Assembly (NCBI RefSeq): GCF_964188315.1 | Contig: NC_135659.1 | Coordinates: 51,522,001-51,586,000, forward strand | DNA from: Podarcis muralis | Taxonomy: Eukaryota | Reading direction: 5' to 3' | DNA length: 64,000 nucleotides | Notes under the pieces: generated by a model | What the model was told of the DNA's origin: nothing | The model's database searches: none | The model's input: only the letters and a program-made list of their open reading frames with translations | Position numbers and translations under genes: made by a program | Shown: piece after piece, positions 12,331 through 25,595 of the stretch | Layout: each line of letters starts with the position of its first letter | Position numbering within the stretch: the stretch's first letter is position 1

Positions 12331-14899
12331 ACAGCCTATGTGAGGCCCCAAGTGTGAGTGGCTTCGTCAAGGGCTGATCAATGCCCCTGGCACTTCCTTC
12401 CAAAACCCCAGGAAAAACAATTAAAACCCAATCGATCCTGCAGGCAGCTGTGAATATGCATAAGGGCACACTTGACCTTCAGTGCTCAGGCCACCTTCCA
12501 TGCTGCCTCTTTAACAAGTTTGCTCAGGTATTCCTGCCGTTCTCAACGACCTTGATGAGCAAAGCAGAATGTGATGCAAAGAAAAGCCCAGTTGTGGTCC
12601 TGATCCTGACTTTGGGGCTCAGATGTAAGCCTTAGAAGACTGGCTCTTCCATATAAGCTGATAGACCTAGAGAATGTGAAGTGGGGCTGTATTGTACATG
12701 CTTTATCTATATGAGGATCCAGGCCCAACAGCCAGCAATTCCTGTTATGGAACCTGGGGGAAAATCTTGACCTAGAGCCTCAATGAGCTGCTATCAACAG
12801 GCTTTGACACCCTCTGGTGTCAGCCTGGATTTTGTTTAGGTGACAATTTCTGTTCATTAAGGTTCAGGGTCATTTAATGCGCTTGTTTCTTAGGCCACAT
12901 GTGTGAATATGCACACACGTGTGTAGGACACAACTGAACAAGGTGTTAGAATCCTGAGGTGGCAGAGGGTACTTGCAGTATGTCAAGCCACAATTAGGAG
13001 ATTCAGTTTTTGAATGCTCTTCCATGTGAACAAAAGCACCTCTTCATTTAACTAAAGGAACTAGCACATCAGGGAAAACTACTTTTCCTGATTTGCTACT
13101 TTTCCGCTTGCAGGGAGGTGGTGCTTTTACACAGATCACATTTTTGAATGCTCCCCTGTCTACAACTTAAAGTGGGATAGTCCATTTTACCTCTTCATTA
13201 CTGCATTATTCTATGCAATGTAGAGATGAGGCTTCCATTTCAGATTAGCACAATTTCCTATACATCATATTTATACCACATCTTTTTTCATATGATGCAA
13301 TTAGTCCAGCAAAGTATGGATGCACCCATGCCATACAGAGAGCGAGGCAATTTGCCTTTATGTGTAGGAAGAAGTATTATTATAAAACAACTATATGATC
13401 ATTTGTGAAGAACATGCATGAAGGAAACATGCAGTGAAATAGACACTTGTATTCTTTATAGTGTATACATTTTGTGTGTGATATTCCATACACAGAAGTA
13501 TGCAGAACTATATAAGCAAAGTGTAATGTGTGAAGTGCTTCTGAGTCTCAAATTCTTGGTAACTTTTGCACAGTACTTAGCAAGTGGAGCCTAATTTTGC
13601 TGGCTGCTTCTTGGATGAGGCTGAGAGAGTTCTACCATTTCACCTTCTTGGCTAAGCTTTCTGCCCCTTTGTTGAAGATTACATTTTCCAATGTATCTTC
13701 CACTAACTTGCTTGCACAACTTTCCTTTCTGGCACCTTCCAAATATAAGTTAAAGCCAGGAGGGGGCACCACTGTGCCTATTTAAAAAGAGCTGAGCTGC
13801 TTTTCCCTCCTGGTATTATGGTGGAACAGCTCCCCGCATCCAAATAATAAAAAAGAGAAGTTTCTTGCTGCATGGCAGGGGATGGAGGGATGAAGTACAG
13901 CTCAACAGAAGAGGAAGAAAACCAGAAGTTCAGTCTCCCTTGTGGGTAATAGACCAGATCCTGGGCCAGAGTGATTTGAATGAGTAATAAAGATATCAGT
14001 GCGTATTTGTCAAAGGCGAAGGAAACCTCTCTATTGTGTACACAGGGATGTAATTTCAGTGAATTATGCATAGACTTAATTAGGAGTTTTAATTGCTAAT
14101 CATCTCCCAATAGGATTAGCAGTGTTGTCTATTAATTACCTGTGGAGCCCCTGTGTTTTGCTAAGGCAGGAGTAACAAAGCAGCATAAATGGCTACATAC
14201 GTGGCAATAAATTAACTACCCAAAACCCTGTGATGGAACTCCAGGGACATCTCAGCAGTGGCACTGATTGGTGGGGAGGGGCCTTAAATACACTGGCTTT
14301 GAAAGAGAGAGTTTGCTAGTCAGGAGAGCTGTAGGTGGTACAGCAGGAGTCTCCTAGCTCTGTATCTGTGTGGCTATTGGGACTGTAAATGCTTTCCTTG
14401 GGGTGTTCACTCCTTGCTTCCCTTGCAGTGACTGCCTCATAAAGGATGCTTTTCCAAAAACTTCTGTGAGTAGAATACTTGAGTGCCAAAGCAGTCAGCT
14501 TTGCATGCCCTTAAAATGGGAATAAGATAATTAGAAATGATCTGCTAGATCAGACCAAGAACCTATCAAAGCCAGCATCTTAGTAAGGATCTGCCCCACC
14601 CAATAAGGGCTGACTTCTGTGTTTCTGACTCACTGCTGGGCTTATTTGTAAGGGGTCACCACCAGCGGCTAGTCATCAAAGGGATGACACCAAATGGAGG
14701 TTCGCCTTCAGGGGAGCCACTAGGAGGGTGATAAATGGGCAAGGGTCACTTTAGCCATATTTAATAATTGTACTGAGACAGTTTTATTTTTATTTTATTT
14801 TGTGTGTGTGTTTTTTTAACTGGTCAGTAGTCTAGATGATATTAATAGTGACCTTCCAGAGGACTCTGGGAAGTCCCCTAGAAGTCATGAGTCTTCCCA

Positions 14900-15390
14900 C
14901 ACTGTATGCCTTCCAAGGTATCCTGCCTCTAAACATTGAGATTCCACTTAGCTACCATGACAAATAGCTTTTGATAGACCTGTTCTCCCACTGAATTTAT
15001 CTAGTCCTTTTTAAAAGCCATGTATGGTAGTGGCCATTGCTACATACGATGCCAGTAAATTGCCTAAGGTAGTTTTGTTTTAGGTGAAATAGTACTTCGT
15101 TTTGTCTGCTCTGAATCTACTGCTGATCAATTTCATTTGGCAACCCTGAGTCCTAATATTAAGAGAGAAAGAGAAAAATCTCTATCCATCCTCTCTGTGT
15201 CATTAGTAATCTTATAAAGCTCCTATCATGGCTCCCTTCAGTTGTCCTTTTTCTGAACTAAAAAGCTCCAAAGGCTTTACTAATAGAGAATGTGCTCCAG
15301 CACTTGATCATTTTTGTTGCAGTTTTTTCTGTGTTTTTCAGATGGGATGTACAGAACTCTACACATTCCATCTGGATGTGTAGAGTTCTC
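14900..15390 (-). mobile_element. CR1 LINE 3' fragment (end of RT plus 3' region), decayed
   Basis: Runs such as TTGATAGACC...GAATTTATCTAGTCCTTTTAAAAGCCAT..GGTAGTGGCCAT and CTTGATCATTTTTGTTGC match the antisense strand of squamate CR1 3' ends as I recall them. Confidence 0.7.
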
Positions 15391-15489
15391 CACTCTGCAC
15401 TGCATGTGGAGTTGGAGTTTTCAGTGAACTGTGTACAGTGGAGGTTAATTTTGTTGCCATCCGTCTGTCTTGCAAGAGTGGGCCATTGG

Positions 15490-15830
15490 GGATTAAGTCA
15501 AGCTATTGGAGAGTTACAGGACCTACTGTGGCTGTAGAGACCAATAAGGGAGAGACATATTTTACTGCAGCTGGGGCAGATGAAGGCTTCCACCATGACA
15601 TTTCTTGTCTCTGTGCTCATCCCAGCAGTCATTCCTCCTCTGGTCACTGCTGTGGATATGCAACCTGACGGATTGCTTCCAAGCACTGTGGTCATCTACA
15701 AGGAATTGCCACATGGTGGGGTTAATGTTGCTAGCTTTCATGTCACATTTGGAGACATCTTTATTATGCAGTGGTGGTCTGCCACCAGGCCTAGTGCCCA
15801 AAGCCAGCTCCCCATAGAGCACATCAAGCT
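15490..15830 (-). mobile_element. RTE-clade LINE ORF C-terminal fragment
   Basis: Minus-strand peptide LYGELALGTRPGGRPPLHNKDVSKCDMK...DHSAWKQSV, then in another frame FICPSCSKICLSLIGLYSHSRSC, the CxxC...SHxRxC zinc-finger-like tail typical of RTE ORFs. Confidence 0.85.
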
Positions 15831-17915
15831 CTGTCACTGCTTGACAGGGGGCAGAATTGTACACTAAGGCTTGTTCTTCTGTGTGTTCAGCAGTCCTAGG
15901 CTAAGAAATCTTAAGTTCCCAGATAGTACCTTGGACCCCTTTTGTAAGGGAATCAGTGTTACCAGAAGATTTGAGGATACCAAATGTAAGGAGGTTGATT
16001 TTAATGATGTTGCACTCTTTGTTCGCTTTTATTTTGATCTAAAGTTTCTCTGAAGGCTTAGAAAAAGCCAATAGAAGAAAATGAAATACAGTACATACTA
16101 TGCTGAAAGATATCTGAAAGCAAATATTAAATGAAATTGGTCCCTCTGTGTCCCTCTTAGAAAAATGTAATTCTCTGCATATCAGAAAGGTGGATATTGT
16201 GCGTATTTGGGCACCAGCAGATAGAGGAGCATTTTAAACTAGTGTGAGACCGTTTTGTATTAGATGAAGATTCCCCAGTGAGTAATTTTCAAACACTTAA
16301 CAGTATAGTAGGTATGGGTTCCCCCACAAGCTGATCCAGTAAATACTTTAGTGATTACAGGAGCAAAGTTGGGCTTGATTCCCCCCCCCCCCCTTCCAGT
16401 GTAACAGTCCTCAGACACTACCGTGGCTGTTATCTTCTCCAAGTTGTGGTTAGCCAGGTAAGGAAAAGGATAGCTGCTAACTCTGTTAAGATCCCTGTTC
16501 TGCCTATTTCTGGGGTAGCTGAGATAAAGTGGACCTGGCGGTGATATATTCAGTGGATTGACATGATCTTGTCTGGGAACAATGGCTCACATGGCAGCCC
16601 AGCACTTAAGTATAGCTAAGCCTTGCACCATTAATATCTCACAATGACACAGCTTCTGTAATACCTTGTGATGGAGAAGTTATGCTGCTGTCAGATCATA
16701 ATTATTGTGGTGTTTTAAGGCCCTGAGGCTTTGTGCAGCTGTTAGTGCACTTTTCCACATTGCACACTTAAATTTGCTCATTTCTTTTATACCTTGTCCC
16801 TCTGCGAACTAGTCTAGGATCCTCTTCCATCAAGTTTGTTCCAGTAAGGTGTTTCCCTTGCTCCAGATAAACCCTGGGTATTCAAGCTTCTGCTCATGAA
16901 CAAATATACCTTTATAATTATTGTAGGGTTAGCTGAAATATAGCCTTGGAGCAGCACATGGTTCCCAAGCTATTCAAGTATAGCACCTTGACAGTTCAGT
17001 GATGTGAACAGTGAATGCCTTGCCTTGTGGTCTAATATGTGCTAGAAGTGCTGTTGACAATCGCTGCATGATGAGACAGAGTGAGTTGGAAAGAGCAGAT
17101 GGCAAACAGCAGTGTTATCTCCTGGGCCTCAAAGAAGGGACTCTTGGAATCTCAGTTCAGGAATGAAGGAAGGAACAGTGGCTGCCAAGAGCCAGTTACC
17201 CAAACTAAATTGCACCCGTGCACTTGCACAAGCTGGTTGAGAGTCAAAATGGAGCCCTAAATGGAACTCTACTCACAAGTTGTTATGCTGGACCCTTCTT
17301 TCCAAAAGAACATTGTCCCTGTCATCTATTAATTAGAAACTTTGCCTTAACGAATACCTGGAAAAATAACGAGCATTTGGTTTAAACCTTATTTTCTTTA
17401 ACAGTATTTAGCTGAGGACATGATCAGTTTCCTCACCCAACTGCTTAGATTCATATTATAGCACTAAGCATTGTTTATTTTTAGGCATAATTAAACTTAG
17501 AATAGCTGAGCCAAAAATAATATCTTTATAACAAAAACCTGCAATCTCTAAAGTTGTTTGAGGGATTCAAGCAAATAGAAAAATAACTGTTGCTTAACTA
17601 ATGCATTCAAATATCTCCTTAAATATGTTAAGCTCAAGGCAGAGCGCGGCAGCGGCGGGGGGGGGGGGGGGGAATGACTGATGACGAGTTCCAGAGTTTA
17701 TTGTCCTTACTATGTTTCTATCCAACCTTCTTCAAAGTGGTTACAGTGCATAGTATGGAGTGGTCTCTCAACTTAGCTGTTGAAATGGAAATCCACATAG
17801 CATCTTTGGATAACTCTTGTAGACTGCAATACAAAAGTAATCGGGTTCGGACAGAGCTGCAAGTCCCTAAACATTATGGCTAGAGATCAAACATATAGGA
17901 GCATCAGAAAGAGTG

Positions 17916-18052
17916 CAAAGTTTCCTCAGCCTGGTGCCCTTCAGATATACTGGACTGCAGCTCCCATAATCCCTGACCATTGCTCATGCTTGCTGGGGCT
18001 GGTGGGAGTTGCAGTCCATGACATTTGGAAGGCATCAGGTTGAGAAAGGCTG
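17916..18052. mobile_element. Palindromic hAT-type MITE (decayed)
   Basis: Hairpin-like arms CCTGGTGCCCTTCAGAT..GGACTGCAGCTCCCA / TGGGAGTTGCAGTCC..ATTTGGAAGGCATCAGG; related to 57762-57896; TSD not clear. Confidence 0.75.
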
Positions 18053-21000
18053 GCTTTAGAGGCTCCGGGGCAGAATCCCTTTCTATTGGTAGAACATCAA
18101 TTACATTGTTTAGTCAGAAACGTTTGTGGGTGCCTTTGGGATCTAGGACTAACAATGTCATAGTTGGAGTCAAAAGCTTGTTCTCATTATTGGAAAACAA
18201 ATAATTGGGGTTTCTTCTAGGTGGCTTCCACTAGCAGGCAAATTCTCTCTCCCAGCTCCCCACCCAATTTAATAATGTACTTTAGAACCTAACCTGATTA
18301 TATTTTGATTAGTAAAATTTCACATGGTGGTAAATTAATAAGAAAAAGGCTTTCATCTGTCTCTGGAGCAGAAGGAATGAGGTGACACAGGAGGTATGTC
18401 AGATAGACTCTGAGGTTTAATTTTAAAATGTGTGTTGCCCTCATGGTGCAGAGAAAAATCTGAAAAGATGCAAGAGTGACTGATAAAGATTTCAGAGGGT
18501 TCTGAGAGGGATACTCAGTGCAGCTTAGGGGAATGTCGTATTTAATCTTTGCATACCTCGTCACCTGCTTTATGCGTTTGCTTTTTTTTTTCTATGACTG
18601 TTGCTTGGCATTATATTTTTCCACTTTCCTGTTGGCATCTGCTAAGGCTGGAGTACTTTAATCAGTGTGGGTGGCACAGTTCTGAATGAGTTATTGGCAA
18701 TGTTGCTGATGGTAAATGGTGTTTATGTACAACAAATCAAATCTGATTGATTTATTAGTGGAAATGGTCAATGAAAATTTGCTTAATTCAATTTTCAACA
18801 TTCTGTTTGCAGAAAATGTGGAGAACTTGGCATTTTGTGTTGTGGGACCTAGAATAAACTAAGACAGCAAGTCAACAATATCTCCACTAAAACAGATTTA
18901 AGTTGCGAGAGATAGAAGGAAAGCTTGAGACAAGAGAGTAAGAATTTATATTTGCAGAATTATGTGGAGATGGAAAGCCCAAAGTAAAAGCACTGGGCAG
19001 ATCATATTGTGTGTTCTGACTGAGTAATCAGCCAAATATCAGCAAGAGAGGGCCTAAAGGTACTATGTAACTTTTTACAATGCTTCAGTAGGGTCTGGCC
19101 TTGTGATACTCAGCCATCCTCTTGTTGTACAATTATCTAAAATGTCTTTTTCCTTTTTCTTTTGCAGGCATACAGCTTTGCCATGGGGAGCTGGCCAAAG
19201 AATGGACTCTTAGACATGAACAAAGGCCTGAACCTACAGCACATAGGAAGGCCTCACAGTGGGATAGGTCAGTAGCATGACTTCCTTCTCTCACTCCAGT
19301 CCAGGTGTATTTTTCTCTGTTTGTGGAATAGTGTATAGTGGCAGGCTCATCTGCAGTTCCCAAGGATGTGTGGCTCTCTTATCTGTGGAAGGCAGCTTAT
19401 CACTGTCTTTGGTGTGGCAAAAACTTGAGCATATAGGTTAGGGCTGCCACTACCTCTGGAATACAAAAGGATGCTGGATCCCGAAGGAGCTGGTAGTAGA
19501 GAAATAAGCATGCTCCGCTTTGATATCGTTTATCTTTTGTCAGTCTAGCATCCAGATCCATTACCTCTATATATGTTTCTAAGCCACTTGACACTTGCTG
19601 CTGCATTTGAGTGGCAACGGTGAACATGATGCCTCAGAAGTGCAATGCCTTTGTCTTCCTTCCCCCATAGTGGGGCTTTGCCAGATCATCATGGTAGGGT
19701 CCTTCCTGAGGTCATGCCAAACCACCCCTCACTTGGCCACTGATTTTAGAATCCATTTTTCTATTCAAGTGTGTGTGTTTTAGCCATGATCATCCCACCT
19801 TCTGGATCCAACAAGTTTTGGAGAGCTGGCTGTTTGTCAGTCCTGCTAGCATACATCTAGGAGAGTATATACTGTACTTCTCTTCAGCTTTTGCTGTACT
19901 TCTCTGAGCTTTTGCCCAAAAGTCCTAAAATCTCTAATGTGACAGTCCTAGCTTGTATGGCCCAATATATATCTGTGTGCTTCATTGTCCTGTTCGCGGG
20001 AGAATTACAATACGGTTTGTTCTTTAGGGACCTGTGTGTCGTGCCAGTCCAGGAAAATATGAAAAGCTCTCAGATTGAGGGATATTGATACAACCTGTTC
20101 ATTGTTTCCTGTTCTTTATGTAAAACCCTTCAAATGTCTGACCTTTTAATCCAACTAGTTGCATTTCTCCTTTCCTTTGCCCCTGCCTAGGCGTGTCCAC
20201 CTCTGTCTGCTTCTTGCTGTTGTGCATTTACATTTTCTAGGGTGAGAGACTTATGTGAGAAAGTTACCCACCACCCGAGCCTGGAGGAAGCTGTTTAATA
20301 TTGTTTCAAGATCCTAACCACTAAACTACCAAATCAATATGAGTTAAGGAGATGAATTATTTAAAGCTTACCAGCTTTTAATTAGCAAGCTCCTTTTGAA
20401 CTATGGATCTGGTTGCTTCAGTGATAGGATGTAGCATTGAAATTTTGCTTCTGTGCCTGAGTGTAAATTCATTTCAGCAATATATGTATGCTGTAGGAAA
20501 AGCCCACAAATTGGGCTGGAGGGGGAGCCTGATGCAAAACCTGTTTCACGTTGTTGCTAGGGACCCCTTAGAACCATTCATCTCCTCTCTGTGTTTTATA
20601 GGAGTGTTTATAGTGTCTCCTCTTACCACACTAAAGCAACAAACATCCCTAGAATATAATCTGTCACTTCCTTTAATTACCTTGTACATTTATCGGACTG
20701 TCATTAGTTGGCTTTGCCCTGCTGGATAGCAGTGCACAATAGTGGTTTATTTTCCCCAATCTTCTTGACTGACTTTTCTTTCCAGGGGCTCTTGCTTCTT
20801 CATTTCAGTTAAACAGCCTTGAGGTGGGAGCACATGCTGCTACTGCTGCTGCTTTTGGTGTGATGCACTTGCATGCCATCTGAGGTTGTAGCGCTGAGGT
20901 TAAACACTGCGCCATATCTGCTCTGAGCCCAGCAGTTAGCCCTTGAGTAAGGTTGTCGAGCCTGACTTCTCATTTTAACAAGGGAAGTTTTCCTTCTCAC

Positions 21001-23324
21001 TGTAGTATTGTGCCAAGTATGTCTCCCTGCTCTCCCAAACATACTCCATTTTGCAAACAATGGTAAAGCAGCTTTCGGAGTTGTGATTCGTTCAAGCTTG
21101 TCGTGGCTCTTTTACAATTTGTGTAGACCCTAACAATGTGTGTCAAGTGTAGTTTTAAAATTAATAAATATTTTCCATTACTGGAAGACAGTAATGTGTT
21201 TTTTTTCTCTGGACCTATTCAGTAACTATTGCACATTTATATAGAAAAATATTCCTAAAATATGTGATTTCCGAATGCTTGACAGTGACTTTAGTAAGTG
21301 TTACTTGCCATAAACGGTGTAATGTCATGTGAGTTTGGTCTAGAACATTTCGGTTAAAAAGCAAGCACTTCAGTTGGGGAGGCCAGGAGCCCCGACAGGG
21401 TGCAGAAATAGTGAGAGAGGGGTTGACTGGCAGGTAGAGTAGTCTCACTAGAGATGAAGCAAACTTCAAATCAGATTTTCTGATGAGATTCAGCTCTGTT
21501 GTTCTTCTTCATCACATCAAGGAGCAGCAGCACATTCTGGGCTGGATGAATGCTAGACTGAATCTAGACAACAGGTGTGATGGTTGGCAGTCTGTTGTAG
21601 GGGAGGATCACATGTTCTGGATGCAATCGCTCACTTTCTTCCTCTGATACAGTGGCTGAGGGAGCCTGGGAGACATACCTGTCCTCACTCTGCTCCATTC
21701 TTTGGTAACCTCTCAGATAAAGTATTGTAATGTTCAGTCTACACAGGACTGTCTTTGACAATGATTTGGAAACTCTTATCACGCACAGAATTCTTTGGTG
21801 AGCTTTCTGAGAAATGGGCACAGAGAATATATTAAGGCAATTCTTCCTCAGTTTCTTGGCTGCAAATTATCTTTCAGGCCTGATTTTAAGTGGTGGCTGT
21901 AAAAGCCCAAATGGTTTGTGCCTAGCATATCTTGGGGAGCAGCTTCTCCCATACAAGTCATCTCAAGCTTTATTGCTTCTGGCTGTGCATGGTTTACTTA
22001 GCATCCCTGTAGTGGCATGGAGTTCCTTTGCTTTCCCTTCCTGTGGTAAAGGGTCGAAGAAGGACCCTGCAGTTATAGTTGTATGCTGGCCTCTAGGCCG
22101 AGTTGCCATGAAGTAGCAGTTTTGTTTGTTTGGTTTTTGCTTTACACACCCTACAATGGAGTGGGCTGAGATCTGAGGGAGCCTCTTCGCCTTCATTGTT
22201 CAGCAAGTGCTGAACACTGGTTAGACAACTCTGCTGATGATTTGCCAAGGACTACCTGTTTTCCTTCCTTTCTGTCTTGACTTCCTTCCCAGCAAACCCC
22301 TAGTTAGTGCATATGCAGTAGCCTAATCTACTCATTGCTGCATGAATCAAAAAGCTAGCACCCATGAACTGACTATGGGGCTGTTTGGAGTGTGGGAAGG
22401 AATTGAGAACTGCATGTGTGCACACATATACCCTAGCATGCAGAGCAGTTTTGGAAATCGAATGTAGATGCTTTACAAGCTGCCCAACCAAAGCATGTAG
22501 TGCAAATGGCAGCCTGATTACACTGCCCTGGCTATGCACAGGCCATCTCCCTTAACTCACGAAAGCCTCATGGGAAAGCCTACCTATTTGAAAGGGTCAA
22601 CCACCAATATGGTGTGAAGTGCAGGTGATGCATCTGTATCTTTCTGGCTTCCCCTCTCTCTTTTCATTTACTGATTGGAAATCTAGGAAGGTTAGGGTGT
22701 TATATTGTTCCTGATCCTGAGCATTAATTAGGCCTGCAGAAGAAGAAGAGGGATTGCGTGTTTTTAACAGGGAGGTTAATGGGATGCTCACAGAGTAGAC
22801 AGTTTTAATGAGCTTCAACTTGCTGTGCAGTGAGTTTACTCTTTGTGTTAAAAGGGTCATCCTGCAGTAGCTTGATGTGGATTGTCTCCTGGCCCCCAGT
22901 GTCAGAGGGGAGCATCTGTCATAGTCCAGGCAGGGCGCATTCACTTAGTGACAAGATTCTAATTAACTCCCACCAAGCTGGCCACCCGCCTGCCCCATGG
23001 GGAGCTGCCATGGTGCAGCCTCTTATCTTTACAAACTCCTCATTCTGTATATAGAGTTTGTGTTTGGAGAGACACAGGCAGGCTTTCATGTCTAATGTAA
23101 AAGGACAGGTATGATTGTGCCTGTGTGGGTGTGTTCATGCACTTGCTGTGTGTGCCAGCAAGCTGGGGCTGTTTACTATAGGAATGACATATCTTGTCAT
23201 GCAATGTTCTTTGTTCTGGAAGCTAGTACGTTGGGCTGCCCTTAAACCACCCCCAACAGATTGCAGTCCATCCTCTGCTTGAAGATTTTAGGATTAATTA
23301 GTTTCATTGTTGAACTGCTCACAG

Positions 23325-23650
23325 ATTGTAGAATTGTAAGGTACCTTGAGGGTCATCTAGTCCAACCCCTGCAATGTTCTCAACTAGATCATCCATGACA
23401 GATGGCCATCCAACCTCTGCTGAGAAACCTCCAAGGAAGGAGAGCCCACTACCACACATAGGTGTCCATTCCACTGCCGAACAGCTCTTACTGTCTGAAA
23501 GTTATTCTTGATGTTTAGTCAGAATCTCCTTTATTGTAACTTGAAGCCATTAGTTTGGGTCCTAGCCTCTGGAGCAGGAGAAAATAAGCTTGCTACATGT
23601 GACAACCCATTAGATATTTGAAAATTGCTATTATGCCTCCTCACAATCTC
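23325..23650 (-). mobile_element. CR1 LINE 3' end
   Basis: GTAGAATTGTAAGGTACCTTGAGGGTCATCTAGTCCAACCCCTGC...GATGGCCATCCAACCTCTGC...AACAGCTCTTACTGTC is the antisense CR1 3' terminus. Confidence 0.82.
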
Positions 23651-23689
23651 CACTCAACTGCTTTGATCAGTGGAATTGGCACTACTACA

Positions 23690-24010
23690 GCTACCACATA
23701 ATGCCTCTTCCGCATTTGTAAGAACTCTTATCATTTAGTTTGGCAACAGCTGCACTTTGGAACTCCCTGCCTATTGAGATCAATCAGGTGCCTTCACCGT
23801 ATTCTTTTTGGTATAAACATTCTTGTTTATACAAGCCCGCCCATATGTTTAGAAAGTTGAAGTAATTAAATCTGTTTTAGTATTTTAATTTTTGTATGTT
23901 TTAAGGTATGGTTGTGAATTTTCTCTGTTTTATTGTTTTATCTGTTTGTAAACTGCTTTGGGGTGGGCCCCCCACATCAAGCAGTGTATAAATTGTAATT
24001 AATAAATAAA
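23690..24010 (+). mobile_element. L2 LINE 3' fragment
   Basis: TTTGGAACTCCCTGCCTATTGA (LWNSLP motif region), then a T-rich 3' UTR ending GTAAACTGCTTTG...TATAAATTGTAATTAATAAATAAA. Confidence 0.7.
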
Positions 24011-24440
24011 CAGCGGAGTTTGCCCCACAGCAGATACCAAGGTAGGGCCCCATTACTACTAATTCCTCCTTTCCTGAAACATCTGTAATGTGTTGCTTAT
24101 CACATTGCTGTGGAGTCTGTAGCAAACTTCATCACTGTATTATTTTTGCTAATTTCCCAATTCATTCTACCCATATAATCTCCATAGACCCACTGTATTC
24201 ACTTTCTTGCTTTTCTGTGCAGGTGCAGACACAAACTGCTACTCCCCCTCCCTTTTGGTTGTGTCGGTCCTCTTTTAACAAGCTGTATCTTTCAGTTGCT
24301 ACATCTCAGTCATGGGAGTCATCCCACTAAGTCCTATTAATACCTATTGTCGTAGTTCCCTTGCTTTACAAGCAGTTCAAGCTCATCTTGTTTATTTCCT
24401 ACTACTGCTGTGTGCAGTAGTGTATAGACATAAAAAACCT
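24010..24440 (-). mobile_element. CR1 ORF2 APE endonuclease remnant
   Basis: Minus-strand peptides ..GNKQDELELLVKQGNYD.., GGGVA, ..IIWVE.., ELVVMG..ICC..NSA match the CR1 endonuclease N-terminus (GNKQEELE..YD..GITETWW..GGGVA..LVVMGDFN..ICW..N), with stops and frameshifts. Confidence 0.85.
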
Positions 24441-24632
24441 TAAATAATCTGCTGCAATGTGTCTCCTGCTGTTTTATTGTGTGTTTTGCTATACACCCAG
24501 ATCGGCCATCTCCTCCTGCAGTTTCTCCTATAATATATAAATCTCTTTCTCTAATGCTTACCTTTATATTGAATATTTGCAGCCGTCCCTTCATCAGTAG
24601 TGGTACCAGGATGGGGTACTTAACTTCAGGCT

Positions 24633-24680
24633 TTAGTTTAAAACCTTCCTGATCAGGTTTACCTGCTACTTTCCAGTAGT
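24633..24680 (-). mobile_element. CR1 ORF1 C-terminus
   Basis: 24660 to 24633 translates NLIRKVLN*, matching the CR1 ORF1 end (NLIRRALN*) just upstream of ORF2. Confidence 0.65.
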
Positions 24681-24914
24681 CCTTTACTGAGGAAAATTAA
24701 GCTGGTGACCCTAAAAACCAACCTTTCTTCTCAACAGCATTTGCGTTGCTAGTTATTCACCTGATGTATTCATCCCCCCCACTCTTTGTGTCATCTGCCT
24801 TTTGCAGCCAAAATAATATTTTTTTAGCCCAAGAACCAATTGCTTCCCAGGGACTGTGCTACACGAGCAATCAGGCCAGACCTAAAATAGGGAAGGAGTG
24901 GAGCCAAAAGAGGA

Positions 24915-25030
24915 ATATGTGATTAGTGGAGCATAAGAACAGCCCTGTTGGACCAGACCAAAGGCCTGTGTAGTCTATTATGCTGTCCCCACAATGGCCA
25001 AACTGTGAGGGAAGCTCATAGGAGCACAAC
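24915..25030 (-). mobile_element. CR1 3' tail fragment inserted within the CR1 ORF1 relic
   Basis: CATAAGAACAGCCCTGTTGGACCAGACCAAAGGCC..TAGTC..CACAATGGCCAA is the antisense of the tail seen at 31960-32104. Confidence 0.65.
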
Positions 25031-25289
25031 ATCCCAGAAGGCAAAATCATAAGCATGTTTTTCACAATGAAGGGCACATTCTGCCCAGGAAGGTGGACTT
25101 CCCTTGTATATTTTCTGTTACCACAGCTTAGGGACACATTGCAGCAATGTGCAAGGGAAAAAAATGGTCTGCACTTTTATCTACAGGATTCTTCAGCGCT
25201 TGTGGTTCCTGAGAGACATACTTCAGTGAGTCAGTGAGGAGAAAGGGGACATAGCCTGGGGAGAGAGTCAGGAGCCACATGGAGAGGAT

Positions 25290-25595
25290 TGGTGGGTTGA
25301 AGATTCCCCATTCCTGTTTTACAGGAAGAATTGACAAGGACATCACCTGAGCCCCAAGGTCCTTCACCTCCCCCCTCAGAGTTTTGTAGTCGAATGTGAT
25401 ACGTTCATAGTTGTCTCTGGTGTAATTCATTCCCTTGGGGAAAAGCAAGAAAGGATAATGATCGGTGAACTTGATAAGACTTGACAACTTGTTCATCACA
25501 TCCTGGATCTGCTCACCTAGGAGACAGCATATTCATTTGTTAACAGATTCAGTCAGCACATAACCAACTCCATACCACTCAGCAAGGGAGCCCTG
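25290..25595 (-). mobile_element. CR1 ORF1 esterase (SGNH-like) domain remnant
   Basis: Minus-strand peptide SLL.G...ICCLLGEQIQDVMNKLSSLIKFTDHYPFLLF...DYKTLRGEVKDLGAQVMSLSILPV matches CR1 ORF1 (DSLLRG..VCCLPGA.I.DV..RL..LIK..YP.LL.HVGTND..GAQVVFSSILPV). Confidence 0.85.
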
